Part shown: positions 1 to 11,636 of the stretch, piece after piece | How the letters are laid out: each line of letters begins with the position of its first letter | Position numbering within the stretch: position 1 is the first letter of the stretch | Source of the DNA: an uncultured Methanosarcinaceae archaeon | GTDB taxonomy: Archaea; Halobacteriota; Methanosarcinia; Methanosarcinales; Methanosarcinaceae | Assembly (NCBI GenBank): GCA_963833425.1 | Contig: CAWHXP010000008.1 | Location: forward strand, 52,578-116,577 | Length of the DNA stretch: 64,000 nucleotides | Reading direction: 5' to 3' | Program-made: the position numbers and the translations under genes | Notes under the pieces: model-generated | The model's database searches: none | Told to the model about the DNA's origin: nothing | The model's input: the letters and a program-made list of their open reading frames with translations, nothing else

Positions 1-185
1 TATATACTTTTTGCATATATTCTATATAGTAATAACTCAAAATAAATAATTAAAAATTATGTGATTCTGATCTTCTGAATTATTACAGACTGCGTTTTTT
101 CCCTCGCATCAATAAATGACTCGATCTCAGCTGTACTGTAAATTTTTGATTCACCCCAAAATTTTTCCCTATCCAGGAAATAGCG

Positions 186-1036
186 GGTTTCGTTGCAAAA
201 AATCCTTTCTAATGATACAATAGAATAAAAAGAGAACTAAAGATAGTAATATGCTATCCAATTCCTTTAAATGGAAGCATTATGAAGGAGAAATTATCCT
301 ATTGAATGTAGGATGGTATTTAAAATACCCATTGAGCTATAGGAATTTAAAGGAAATGATGATAGAAAGAGGAATTCAAGTTGCTCACAGTACTATAATG
401 AGATGTGTGCATCAATATTCTCCTGAAATGGAAAAGAAGATAAGAAGACATTTAAGACCAACAAACTATTCGTGGAGAGTTGATGAAACCTATATCAAAG
501 TAAAAGGTAAATGGAAATATTTTTACCGAGCAGTTGATTCAAATGGAGATACAATTGATTTCATGTTAAGGCAAAACGAAATCGAAAAGTAGCGAAGAGA
601 TTCTTTAATAAAGCTTTGAGTTCTAACCATAATCAGATTCCAAGAGTAATAGCCGTTGATAAGAATCCAGCTTATCTCCCTGCTATAGATGAACTGAAAA
701 CTGAAAAGAAGTTGTCTAAAAGGATTGAAATTAGACAAGTAAAATATTTAAATAACATTATAGAACAAGATCATAGGTCTATAAAGCGAATCTTTAATCC
801 AATGTTAGGATTTCAGTCTTTTCGATCTGCTAATAAGACTTTAAAAGGAATTGAAGCTATGGATATGATTAAAAAAGACAAGTCAATAATTTAAATACTC
901 TGTTCTTAAAGAAGTCAAATGCATTAATCAATTGTTTGATATCGTTTTAAAATATTGGTACATTTTCCTCGAATATTTTGATTTTTGTTCATTACTTATA
1001 GATTTACATATTTTTTTGAATTTTTTGCAACGGACC
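186..1036 (+). mobile_element. IS6-family insertion sequence, degenerate (transposase split by frameshifts)
   Basis: Terminal inverted repeats GGTTTCGTTGCAAAAAA (186) and TTTTTTGCAACGGACC (ends 1036). ORFs 251-592 and 616-894 carry IS6 motifs (WRVDETYIKVKGKWKY.YRAVD, DK.PAY, YLNNIIEQDHR). A 1-nt frameshift near 570 restores ...AKRNRKVAKRFFNKAL. Confidence 0.95.
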
Positions 1037-1105
1037 AAGAAATATATGACATTTTTTACGCATCTGTGGAAAGCGGCTTTAAGGAAGAAAATTTTACTTT
1101 TTGAT

Positions 1106-2461
1106 TCACCTTCGAGAAAGTGGGTCTTCAGCGTAATCTATCGGAAGAGCAAAGATAAATGTGCTGCCCTTTCCTGTTTTATATTCCACCCTGATTTTTC
1201 CTTTGTGAAGGTCTATTAAATTTTTGACTATATAAAGTCCGATTCCGGCTTCACCATATCCCACGATTGTGGAAGGATTTATGTGGGTAGAAGGCAAGAA
1301 AATGTTGTCATAATATTTTTTTAGCAATCCTGCCCCAGTATCCGAGACCATGATCTCGAGCATCCCCTCTTTTTTGAAGGCATTAACTGTAACTTTCCCT
1401 TTCTCAGGAGTGCATTTTATAGCGTTACTTACTAAATTGTGCAGAATCTGTCTCAATTTAGTCCTATCAGCCCGAATATTTTCGATAGAATCATCAACTT
1501 TTAGTTCTATAACAATTTTTTTGTTTGAAGCAGATGAAAGAAAACTCGTTCTGATATCTCTTACAAGGCTGGCAATATCTACGTCTTCATAATTGAGACT
1601 TAGATCGCCGACTTCGAACTTCAATATGTCAAGCAGATTGTCGATGATTTCCAAAAGGTTTTTCCCGCTTATGAGGATATTATTTATATATTTTGATTGT
1701 CTCGTGTTCAGGGATCCAAAAGCACCTTCTAGCAGTAGATCGGAAAAACCTATCACAGAATTGAGGGGAGTCCTAAGTTCATGACTGAGGCTCATAATAA
1801 ACTCATTCTTGACCCTGTTTAAAACTTCTGAATCGTTTTTCTCCTTGATAATGGTTTTTTTAAATTCCGTTTGTACTTCCAAATTTTCTAAATATTTCCA
1901 TTTTCCTTTTCTTTTAACAACTATGCTGTTTTCTTCCATCAACTCAAGCAGTATACAACCGGAAAGTTCATCAAGCGGTAATGTATAGAGAAATGTTAGA
2001 TTTTTGCCATTATTGAGAGCAATTATTTGAACAGCTTTTCGATATATTTCAAAATAATTTTCAATAGTAATTTCTAAATTTTTTATATCAAAATTTGTTC
2101 TGAATCCTTTAAATTCTTTGGAGAGGACTTTTTCATATCCTTTTTCTACAAGTTCTGTTATCCCTGATTCAAAAGTGGTAATATTTTTGTGGAGTGGTTT
2201 GGCTGGCAAAATTTCCAACTGAGAAGAGCGGATAAATTGCTCGACATCTATTCCCGATTTTTTAAGTTCATTTTTTGCTTTTTCAGCAGATAGTTCATCC
2301 GGGGAAATCCATAAGCAATATTCTCCTATTTCAATTCCTTGCTTGAAATATGTAATAAGTAACTCAGTCAATTCTTCAGTATTGCTATATATGGCAGAGA
2401 TCTGGTGGCTCTGCAAAACACTTGGAAAAAGTATAGGATTACTGTCATTTTTTTTTCCCAA
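1106..2461 (-). CDS. Sensor histidine kinase (N-terminal MEDS-like domain + HisKA + HATPase_c)
   Basis: H-box SHELRTPLNSVIGFS, N-box QILHNLVSNAIK, G-boxes DTGAG and GIGLYIVK. The N-terminus (HQISAIY...YFKQGIEIGEYCLWI) resembles MEDS. A GGAG-rich RBS precedes the TTG start. Confidence 0.9.
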   Translation of the reverse strand: MGKKNDSNPILFPSVLQSHQISAIYSNTEELTELLITYFKQGIEIGEYCLWISPDELSAEKAKNELKKSGIDVEQFIRSSQLEILPAKPLHKNITTFESGITELVEKGYEKVLSKEFKGFRTNFDIKNLEITIENYFEIYRKAVQIIALNNGKNLTFLYTLPLDELSGCILLELMEENSIVVKRKGKWKYLENLEVQTEFKKTIIKEKNDSEVLNRVKNEFIMSLSHELRTPLNSVIGFSDLLLEGAFGSLNTRQSKYINNILISGKNLLEIIDNLLDILKFEVGDLSLNYEDVDIASLVRDIRTSFLSSASNKKIVIELKVDDSIENIRADRTKLRQILHNLVSNAIKCTPEKGKVTVNAFKKEGMLEIMVSDTGAGLLKKYYDNIFLPSTHINPSTIVGYGEAGIGLYIVKNLIDLHKGKIRVEYKTGKGSTFIFALPIDYAEDPLSRR

Positions 2462-3952
2462 AGTCTCCCTCTCCTTGTAATGTACATTAAAAGCATTTTT
2501 AATATTATACAGCCTACACTGTTAAATTTTGTTGCGATGAGGTACGCAGTTTACAGGGGCATAATGTTAGTATCAATAACACTTGAGCCCCTACAAGACA
2601 GCTTAAAGTATTTCACAGTTATGAATAATTGAGGGTCATATCACTCATTTTCAGCAGCTTAGTATGTTTCAAACCTAGACTTGAACTTTTTCTATAACAT
2701 ATCACTACCATAATATAAAATATACTTATTTATACTGTTTGCTCAACTCATTGAAGTTTTATACCAATTGAATGAAATCAAAAAGTGTCAGATTTTTCGG
2801 ATGAAATTGAAAGAAATTTGAAGATATTAAATTTGTCACAAGAGCTTCAGACTTTCATTTAAAATAATTTATTTAAAATTTAAAAAAACAGCAAGTGAAA
2901 TTTTTCAAGAAAAGTCTAAACGCATTTTTATGTGATGTTTATTAGTGTAAGAATTTTCAGTTACTTATGCATATAAGTTAAGGACGTAAGTGGTAAAAGA
3001 TTTAAATATTGTTTATTTTATTTTTTTCTACCTCAATCAAGGTTTAGTATCACAATCCACTCAAGCAAGGGTATGTGACTAACAGCTCTGGGTACAAAGG
3101 AATTATTAAAGATCAAGTATTTTAATTTGCCAATATGCTTTTTTTTTCCTGGGTTCCCTGATTTTCAACATAGTAGGTAGTTGCATTGGAAATCGTGCCT
3201 TCGTCCACAGTCCCAATATAACTCTATAATTCCACAGTTCAGGGTCCAAAATCCGTTTTTCAATTCTAGAGTATCCTATGATGATTTCTTTTGTTACGAT
3301 CTATCATAATAATCTGCATCATAAAATTAAGTGGTATATTTTTTATAGACTCAATAATTGCATGATGTAGTTCCATCATATCACGCAAAAATAACTTAAA
3401 ATATAAATTAGTTAGCCAAGAATGGTTCTCTGAGAATTTTCAATACCCTGTGCAACCTACGGGATAATCGACTGAGATAAGGTAACAAACAGAAATCAAA
3501 GGTAAATATTTAGACAGAATTCCCTCAATGAAAAAAAACGGAATTTCCTGATATTAAAAAAATTAAAAGAAGTAAAATATGCTGAAACTATAACTGCATA
3601 ATTTCTACTTTACTAAATAATTTTAGGAATGTAAATATAATACTTTCTGCTTTGGTTGAATGTACCAGGGAAATAGGGATCAAAAATCTCTTCTTCAAAG
3701 ACATTTGGTATGTTATCTGTGGCTCAACTAATCAAAGGGAGAAGTGAATTAAGTGTAAAGTGAAGAGCTTTCTACTTAATTTGAGTCGGATTTCTTATTT
3801 TTTTCGAATTTTTGGACTTAGCTAAAATTACAACAGAACATTTATAATTTTAGAAATTATATTCGGTTCAATTTATATGTCTAAAACCAGAATATTAATC
3901 ACTCAAGCATAGGGTTTTTAATTTTTAGTTGAGACAAAAAGGAGATTATTAT

Positions 3953-4684
3953 ATGAAAATAACAGTGTTTAGCGGAAGCCATAAAGGCAAAAAAGGAAAT
4001 ACTCTCAGCATGGTTGAAGAATTTTTGAATGGGGCAGAAGAAGCCGGGGCAGATACTGAGAATATCATCCTTGCCGAAAAAAATATAAAATATTGCAAGG
4101 GAAAATTCGAATGCTGGCTAAATACGCCTGGAAAATGTGCTATTCATGATGATATGGAAGACTTAATTCAGAAATTTTTGGAATCTGATATTGCTGTTTT
4201 TGCGTGCCCTGTATATTTTGACAATGTTCCGGCTGTAATGAAAAACTTCATAGACAGACTTACACCCATCCTTTTACCCCATTTTGAGGAAGACGAAAAA
4301 GGTGAGTATAGGCATGCAAAACGCTATGAGAAATTACCGAAAATAGTTGCTATTTCGAATGCTGGTCTACCGAGCCAGAAAAATTTTGAAGTTGAAAGCC
4401 TTTTTTTCAGGAGGCTCGCAAGAACTTTTCACACAGAACTTATTGGCGAAATCTACAGAGGAGAAGGGGAAATTTTCAGGGGCAAAGACAACATCATTCT
4501 GAAGCCGTTACTCGGAAAGTATAACAAATATCTCAGAAGTGCTGGAAAAGAGATAGTCGAAAGCCATAAAATTTCAGAAAAAACAAATGAAGGTCTCGAA
4601 AAATTTATTTTGCCGCCAAGTCTGTATATAAAATTCGGAAATGATGAATGGGATCGGATGCTTGAGGAAGGTAGGGTAGATTGA
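3953..4684 (+). CDS. Flavodoxin-fold / NADPH-dependent FMN reductase family protein (iron-sulfur flavoprotein-like)
   Basis: MKITVFSGSH..KGNT, Cys cluster CKGKFEC-x6-C..DDM, and PVYFDNVPAVMKNFIDR. A GGAG RBS lies before ATG 3953. Confidence 0.85.
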   Translation: MKITVFSGSHKGKKGNTLSMVEEFLNGAEEAGADTENIILAEKNIKYCKGKFECWLNTPGKCAIHDDMEDLIQKFLESDIAVFACPVYFDNVPAVMKNFIDRLTPILLPHFEEDEKGEYRHAKRYEKLPKIVAISNAGLPSQKNFEVESLFFRRLARTFHTELIGEIYRGEGEIFRGKDNIILKPLLGKYNKYLRSAGKEIVESHKISEKTNEGLEKFILPPSLYIKFGNDEWDRMLEEGRVD

Positions 4685-4996
4685 GAGGAACTGGTAAAGA
4701 TAAAAGAAACTTGGTAGGGATAACCACGAATAGATGTGAAAAATTTAGATGTTAGTTAATAGATAAATTTGTGGCATCCTTTATGAGATAAAGCAAGAGT
4801 AAACTGTTTTAGTCCCCTTATAACATCCATTTTATGGATGTGCCAGATGCAAAATTTATTTGCTTATTTGGCTATTATTAATTCGTTGAAAGTTAAATTA
4901 ATTTTTTGGCTACTGTCGCATTAAGAAAATAGATGTCATTCATCTGTACAATGTGAGAAGTGTGTTGAAACATTTGAGCTATTTTTTAAGCATCTT

Positions 4997-6757
4997 TTAA
5001 TTAACTTTCGGTATCCCTTCGATCAGATCTTCCAGACTTTGCTTCAAATAAGGAGCATTGCTTCTGTTGATCAATTCCTGACAGGTCTCAATTGGATTCC
5101 CAACCATTACAATTGCTCCTTTTTCGATCATCACAGCCCTATGAGCAATTTCCCGAACGAAATCCATGTGGTGGCTCACAAGAACGATGGTCGTGTTGAA
5201 GCGTTCATTGATCCTTTTTAAGGAATTTGTGACGTCCCTGAGAGTTATAGGGTCTAGGTCTCCAAAAGGTTCATCAAGCATTAAGTACTCTGGAGATGTC
5301 GAAAGGCTCAGGGCGATAAAAGCTCTAACATGCTCGCCTCCGCTGATCTGGGAAGGAGTCTTGTCAAGGACTTCCAATGGTAGATCAAGTGCTTCAAATA
5401 CTGGCTTTGCATAGGTATCAACATCATTTAACGGAACTATGGGAAAAAGTTCAAAATAAATGGTATCATTCAGATTCAACTCTTGCAATGCAGTTGCTTT
5501 TTCTTCTTCGGTCGTATCTAACAACCGATATACATTATCAAGGGTCTCATCAGAGAGCCCCATTTCCATGGCTTTATTCCTCGAGTATTCTATTGCATCT
5601 TTCTTTTTGATACTTAACCTAAATCGGATCTGGTCCCTAACTGTGGAGTTAACTGACATGGAAAATTCCTGATTCATGATGCTCATAATCCTACGGAGTT
5701 CCATGCGCTTCTTGCTATATTCGGTAACTTCTACCCAGTCTCCGTTACAAAAATAATCTACAGTACCGCTATTTGGTTTGACAAGCCCTTCAATAATTTT
5801 CATAATTGTTGTTTTTCCGGCTCCAGAAGAGCCTATAAAAGCTAAAATCTCTCCCTTGTAGACATCGAACGATAAATTTTTGATGTTAAGGACTTCTCCC
5901 ATCCGGATGATGGAATAACGTTTTGAAATTTCCTTTACTCTCATGCAAACTTCCTTATTTTCGAGCTTCTTAAGATCTTTCTTTGGTTTCATATCTCTAA
6001 GGAAATTTTTAAGTACACCTAATGGTTCTCCTTCGGCTACTATTTTCCCTTCTTCAAGAAAAATCAGCCTGTCAGCAAGATAAGCATGAATTTCCGGAAG
6101 GTGAGAAACTACTATGATTGCTATTTTCAAGTTAGCTTTTAGGTTTTTAATTATATCAAGTACTTCCTGCTTGGTATCGGGTCCTGTCATCGTTACTGGT
6201 TCATCCAAAAGAAGAACTTTTGGATTCGCAGCAAGTTGCCTTGCCATTACAATTCTCTGTTTTTCCCCTCCACTCAGGAGGTTAGTGGAGTGGAGAGCTT
6301 TGTGCTCGAGGCCAACAAGTTTCAGATATTTCATTGCCTCTTTGAAAAGTTCATCATAATCATTAGTTATACTGTGTGGCAAATGTTCATTATTTGGAAG
6401 GGCTTCATGCCCAACTTTAAGGTAATTTAGTTTCCGGATTACATTTTCAATTGCAGGTCCGTTCCATAGACTGAAATTTCGCTGGAAATGTATTGCTGTT
6501 ACGTTTTTCAGGAATTTTTCTCCTTCAATACCGGAATTTGGGGTTACAATTTTCCCATCTACTTCCACAGTTCCTTCTTGAAATGGTTCCACCCCACGAA
6601 TGATGCGAAGAAGCGTGGACTTTCCGCTCCCGCTTCGTCCTGTAATCCCAAGGATTTCACCATCCTCCACTTTGAGGTTGATATGGTCCAATACTTTCAT
6701 GCTTTTGGAACACACATCATAAATTTTTACTAAATTTGAAATCTTGAGCATAATCAC
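4997..6757 (-). CDS. Dual-cassette ABC ATPase, methyl-CoM reductase component A2 (AtwA)-like paralog
   Basis: Two Walker A motifs (GRSGSGKS, GSSGAGKT) and signatures LSGGEKQR / ISGGEHVR. AtwA-like segments ARQLA.NP, LDEPFGDLDPIT..VT.S and VSHHMDFV. No transmembrane partner nearby. Confidence 0.8.
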   Translation of the reverse strand: MIMLKISNLVKIYDVCSKSMKVLDHINLKVEDGEILGITGRSGSGKSTLLRIIRGVEPFQEGTVEVDGKIVTPNSGIEGEKFLKNVTAIHFQRNFSLWNGPAIENVIRKLNYLKVGHEALPNNEHLPHSITNDYDELFKEAMKYLKLVGLEHKALHSTNLLSGGEKQRIVMARQLAANPKVLLLDEPVTMTGPDTKQEVLDIIKNLKANLKIAIIVVSHLPEIHAYLADRLIFLEEGKIVAEGEPLGVLKNFLRDMKPKKDLKKLENKEVCMRVKEISKRYSIIRMGEVLNIKNLSFDVYKGEILAFIGSSGAGKTTIMKIIEGLVKPNSGTVDYFCNGDWVEVTEYSKKRMELRRIMSIMNQEFSMSVNSTVRDQIRFRLSIKKKDAIEYSRNKAMEMGLSDETLDNVYRLLDTTEEEKATALQELNLNDTIYFELFPIVPLNDVDTYAKPVFEALDLPLEVLDKTPSQISGGEHVRAFIALSLSTSPEYLMLDEPFGDLDPITLRDVTNSLKRINERFNTTIVLVSHHMDFVREIAHRAVMIEKGAIVMVGNPIETCQELINRSNAPYLKQSLEDLIEGIPKVN

Positions 6758-7083
6758 ATCTCTTAGTGTTGATTGAAAGTTGACAAAGAATCCTTCATTC
6801 TGAAGGAAAGTTATGATATTGTATCCTTCATCATTTTCTGATCCTTGTGATACACATGGGTAATGCAGTTATACTAAATGAATTTTTTCAAAAATACAAA
6901 AATTTTGATATGAGTGACTGAACTATTGAAAATGAGAAATGTTTCTTGATTCAGTTACTTGAATAGACAAATATAGGGAAATTAAGATAAGTTAGTTGTC
7001 AAATACATCTTGATACTCCTAATCCATGATTTTCAGTGAACTGATGAGATACGTGGTAATTAAACACGAATACATATAACTAA

Positions 7084-7174
7084 AGACGATTTCGATAAAC
7101 ACCACTTTTTAGTAGATAGTTTATAAAGGGTATATAAACAATTTGTTGAAATCCGAGGTTTATCGAAATCCTCT
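7084..7174. mobile_element. ~90-bp MITE-like element, copy 1
   Basis: Inverted ends AGACGATTTCGATAAAC / GTTTATCGAAATCCTCT. Homologous copies at 49482 and 60992. Confidence 0.65.
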
Positions 7175-7249
7175 AAAGAACAATATTATGATATTTTTAC
7201 TTCATTTCCCCCAAAACAAAAAAGAATCCAGCGGAAAAAAATACAGAAT

Positions 7250-7545
7250 CATTGCAAATTTTAACGTCATCGGAAATCTAAAAATTCATAGTTTCAAATC
7301 TTGATAATCAAGACCGGGATTAATTGTTTTTTTATACGAATAAAGTTGCAAAAAAGGTGAATTCTTAACCACACTAATTGAAAACATTACGTTCAATGAA
7401 AGTGGCTCATTAGTCATAATTTCACGGGAAAAACTGGCTCAAGGAAGATTCAAGTTGTATATTCTGCGCCTTCTCTGAGGCAATGGATCTAATGTCAACA
7501 GATAAAATAGAATTGAGGGATATTTGTTTTATTTATTTCACAAGT
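7250..7545 (+). pseudogene. Tyrosine recombinase/integrase remnant
   Basis: Manual translation across stops and frameshifts gives DRD..LIVFLYE*SCKKGEF (box I like), then IENITFNESG...GKTGSRKIQVVYSAPSLRQWI, as in archaeal XerC/D-like integrases. Confidence 0.7.
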
Positions 7546-7756
7546 ATGGATATCGTCTTCATCTGGATTGGAAATACCATATCCTATATTGAGAAAGGAT
7601 TTCGATGAGCTCTTAAATGTTTATATGCATATATATGGTATATGGTATATGGTATATGCATATATATGGTATGCAAATAACCCTTGAGATCAAAACTTCT
7701 CCGTAAATATCATCAACTAACTGATTTTATATTTTGAGCTACCTTCATACTAAAGA

Positions 7757-8035
7757 GTGGAAATACAGCATGAAGACTATTGTGTTTACAATATAATGCA
7801 TCACATGTTTTTATAATATAATGCATCACATGTTTTTTCATTAAGTATCGTAAAAATTTAGGTTAGACAAAGATATCTTCGATTATTTGAGATATATATG
7901 CTTTGAACTTGATAAAAAAATACTCTTTTGAGTTTAATGTGATAGATGCGGATGGTGGTCATGTACATCTTTTCGCGGTTCTGGACCAAAATATTATCCT
8001 TCAAAAGTTATGCAGAGCATAAAAAATAACTATAT
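7757..8035 (+). pseudogene. IS200/IS605-family TnpA (Y1 HUH transposase) remnant
   Basis: Translates as MEIQHEDYCVYNIMHHMF...KYRK...YSFEFNVIDADGGHVHLF / GSGPKYYPSKVMQSIK, with HUH motif HVH. Contains frameshifts and an internal 25-bp tandem duplication. Confidence 0.8.
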
Positions 8036-8391
8036 TGAACAAAAAAATAAAGGAAGTAAAGAAAGAATTTTCTTCCATATAATTTTTTTTTTCTTCTCGT
8101 TTACTCCAATTTATGTTAGCACATATCTGCACCTATTTGATGATGAATGATCCGTCATAATTTTTGTAAGTGTTGATTTTTATTGTAAGGATTACAATCA
8201 AAAAAATTACAAAATATTTTATGGTAACTATACATAATTTCTTTCAAGAGCTATAAATATTAAATTTTCAGAGGAGATTGCATAAAATAAAATTAGGGTG
8301 TAAAAGTGAAGTTTTTTCTTATGAACCGTTAAAGTAAAAATCAAGAATTAATCAAAATAGTTATCTGGCACTACACCAAATCAGAACCAAT

Positions 8392-8523
8392 GACTAGCAA
8401 GGTGACTCCTCTTTATAAGTTCAGAAGTCTTTAAGTATAAACTTAAAGTTAAATAGTTTTACACTAAAAATATATTTAGACCTCTCAATAAGTCTTGGTC
8501 CACACTTCAGCGGGGAGCAGTTC
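8392..8523 (+). mobile_element. Possible IS200/IS605-type end remnant
   Basis: Ends in ...CCACACTTCAGCGGGGAGCAGTTC, which resembles IS605/tnpB-type terminal hairpin ends. Lies close to the tnpA remnant. Confidence 0.3.
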
Positions 8524-9246
8524 TGGTTGTCTATCCTGTCCCTTCTCTCTAAACAAATGGTGGGTTTTTATCTCTTCCCGCCATACCATTAAATAGTTTA
8601 TTATTTTAATTATATATTAATTCTGTATCCTTAAATTTTTAACTTGTACTTATTATAATGTGTATATGGGGAATAAAATAAATATTGTGTGATGGAAAGT
8701 TATAATGTTAGTGTTGATTAAATACTTACAGAAAAATATTATACTGCAAACCAATCCCAATCATAAAATATTTTTTTTGCTCTGTGATCCACCAGCCTTA
8801 TTAAGTAATCATAAAAATTATTTAACCAGCAACTCGACATAGAGTAAAATAATGGATTTTATATTTTGAAAATATGTTTATTTTGTTGAGATGTCTATGA
8901 AGACCAAATAACAGATTTGTCTGGGCATAGTAATTTTCACAAATCAGATTATCCAAAGTTTCTTTTTCAAATAGCATTAACATCTACATCTTTACACTCC
9001 GGATCTATTTTTCAAAGTATGAGCCTACAGTAGAAATTGAGCCTTCAAAATTTAGAGTAATGGATTTATCGTCTAGTCAAGAAATCTTTCTATTAATCAA
9101 AAATGCGATATAGGGTCAATAAAGCTGATAAGAAAAGAAATTGTTCTTTTATTTCAGTTCTTCTGCAATTTTTGTGGTCATCATTGAAGAGGACTTAAAT
9201 GTAATATTCAAAATAGTATAATGTCTATTAGAGTTGTATTTAATTC

Positions 9247-9593
9247 GGCTCTGTAGAAATGCTCTAAATTGGACTTTTACACTAGAGTATTATAACTATT
9301 CTGTTATAATATTCTTCGTATTTTTTCGCTAAAAGCAGAGGAACTTTAAATACTGAAATTTAATAAGTACATAAAATTTGTTGATACCAGCCTTAAACGG
9401 TTCAGTCTTCGAGACTGAAGCTTTACTATGTAGGTATTCAAAACTCTTTTATACCCAGCATCAGTTTCTTATACTGGTTTTGTCGAAAGAATATATTAGT
9501 ACAGACTATCGAGATTTTGTAGAACTTATTGACATTATTAAACAAAAAAGTTATAGAAATAATTTGTATCAAATTAAGGATTTCTACGGAACC
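9247..9593 (+). mobile_element. Internally deleted (MITE-like) derivative of the IS5-like element at 27493-28484
   Basis: TIRs GGCTCTGTAGAAAT / ATTTCTACGGAACC. The first ~290 bp align with 27493-27785, then the sequence jumps directly to the last ~55 bp of the element (AAACAAAAAA..GTTATAGAAATAATTTG). Confidence 0.9.
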
Positions 9594-10403
9594 ACTAATT
9601 CGTGAGTTTAAAACGAATCTGAAATTCTTTGAATATTAAGCATAATAAATGAAAGTACTTTTCCCTTTACTTTGTTGACCTTTGATTTCATTACTACTTT
9701 GTCGTGAAGGTCGATTAATTTTGTTTTGAGACCATTATAATACTAATCTGCGAATTGAAATCAAGACTCGAATGTTATATTGATCAAGTATGCCAAAATG
9801 ATTTTAAGTAATTCCAATGCTAAATAGATTTGTGATTTAAACTTTCAGGAATAGTAAACAGCTCTTGTTGTTTAGCCCCTCACAAAAATTTTTGATTTCT
9901 ACAATTCTCATCACATCTTATGGGGGCTAATAACAAAATTTCATAGAGATGATGACGGAATTCTAGCTCATAAAATTCTTTGTATCAGAAAAAAATTAGA
10001 TTATTATGTGCGATTAACAAGTGATTCTTTGGAGCTTATTAAAGATTAATTGCTGATTTATTTAATCATCATGGTTGGAGGTGCAAGAGGCCAGAGCATT
10101 TATGCATAATTAGATTAGAAGTCATCAAGAATTACTCTTAATAGCATTGTTAGACTATCAATTAGCTTCAAAAAATATCAACGAAAATTTCGATCTTATT
10201 TTAGGCTATCTTGCAAATTTGTACAAGAGCATATACATAAAAAGGGACCTCGTCTCCCAATATTGCACCCTGAATCTTTCATATAAGTAATTTTTTCAAA
10301 GATATCATATAAAGTATGGTAGAATTACAGATGAGAAATTTTTTCATGTTAGTGTTAGCCAAAAAAGAAGAATAAGGTATATTTAAAAAAAGGTTAAATT
10401 CCT

Positions 10404-11369
10404 TTATACATGCTTTATTCCAAAGGATTGGAGCAAAATTTCGGGATAAACTCCACCGCTCGAGATAATTTTTTTGCTTTTTAGGTCGTTTACATTAAGC
10501 CTAGCGGGCGCAAAAATACCTTCATCAACTTTATAAAAGTCAAACCCTGCATCTTTGAAAGTTTGATAGAAAGGTTTTCCGAAATTGTGGGAATTTGTGG
10601 AAGGCACCTTCTGAACGAATTCTTCAAGTTCGCCAAGTTCCCCATCAAAGCATACTGTATAACTGGTTTCGCCGCAGTAAATCACGCAGTCATTGGTTGA
10701 ACCCATGCAATGAACATCATTTCCGACTACCGGAGCAATGGGGGCAATACCGTATCCGCTCTTAATGCAATTGATGTCAAAGCCGATTGACTTGAATTTG
10801 TGAATTCCAGTTTCCACGACACGTGCCGAGATTTGGACAGCCCCGGCAATAGATGCGGTTGGAGCAACTGCAATCAGTGCATCTTCAGGGTTCACTCTGC
10901 ATTGCTTAGCGATGTACTCGACAACTCTTTCGTCAGGTAGCTTATCGGATTCTATGAACATAACTGCGGCTTGGAAGTCATCTTCATATCCAATCTTATC
11001 GTATAGTTCTCGGGGTTTTAAGGAAAGTGCACGCGCAGGACCTGAAACCATTCCGAAGTAATCTCCGACAGAGATCCTCCAGCCTGCATACTGGGAAGCC
11101 ATACAAGCAATCATCGGATTGTCAGTTGCTATTTGAATGGCCGGCCACTTAATACCTTTTAGATCAGAAGTGGTATATCGTAGGTCAGCAAGGTCAGCTA
11201 AGCAGAGTCTTGCTATATACATACCGGCTTCATATCCTCCATCTTTGTTAACTCCACAGTCGACAACTGTAGCCCCATTTTTGAGTTTTATAACTTCGAT
11301 TTTCAAGTCTTCGCTCCAGTCGAGCATCTCTTCTATGACATACGATCCCATTTCATTGACACTTATCAA
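10404..11369 (-). CDS. mch: Methenyltetrahydromethanopterin cyclohydrolase
   Basis: MISVNEMG..., [53 protein letters not shown]. Confidence 0.97.
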   Translation of the reverse strand: MISVNEMGSYVIEEMLDWSEDLKIEVIKLKNGATVVDCGVNKDGGYEAGMYIARLCLADLADLRYTTSDLKGIKWPAIQIATDNPMIACMASQYAGWRISVGDYFGMVSGPARALSLKPRELYDKIGYEDDFQAAVMFIESDKLPDERVVEYIAKQCRVNPEDALIAVAPTASIAGAVQISARVVETGIHKFKSIGFDINCIKSGYGIAPIAPVVGNDVHCMGSTNDCVIYCGETSYTVCFDGELGELEEFVQKVPSTNSHNFGKPFYQTFKDAGFDFYKVDEGIFAPARLNVNDLKSKKIISSGGVYPEILLQSFGIKHV

Positions 11370-11636
11370 AGTAGCACCTTTCTAACTCTGGATAACAGAA
11401 ATATTGTTCTTGTCAGGATAATTTTCTTTTAGATAACTTTTTGTCGCGTAGACGGACTGTATATCGGTTAAAAAGTTGTTAACCATCAAAAATAATTCTC
11501 AATTAGAATCGTTTACAGATCAGAAATCTGTTACTAATCTGTAACGTTCATCAGATGAATTTTTGTTCATTCATCATGTTAACTGTAATATTATTTTGGA
11601 ACATCGTCCAATCAATCAGCGTTTACGACGATATTA

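Noticed and set aside
83..1063. Short minus-strand ORF (MRKKCHIFL|RYFLDREKFWGESK...) apparently split by IS6
   Set aside because: There is no target-site duplication to prove the flanks were contiguous, no RBS and no recognisable homology.
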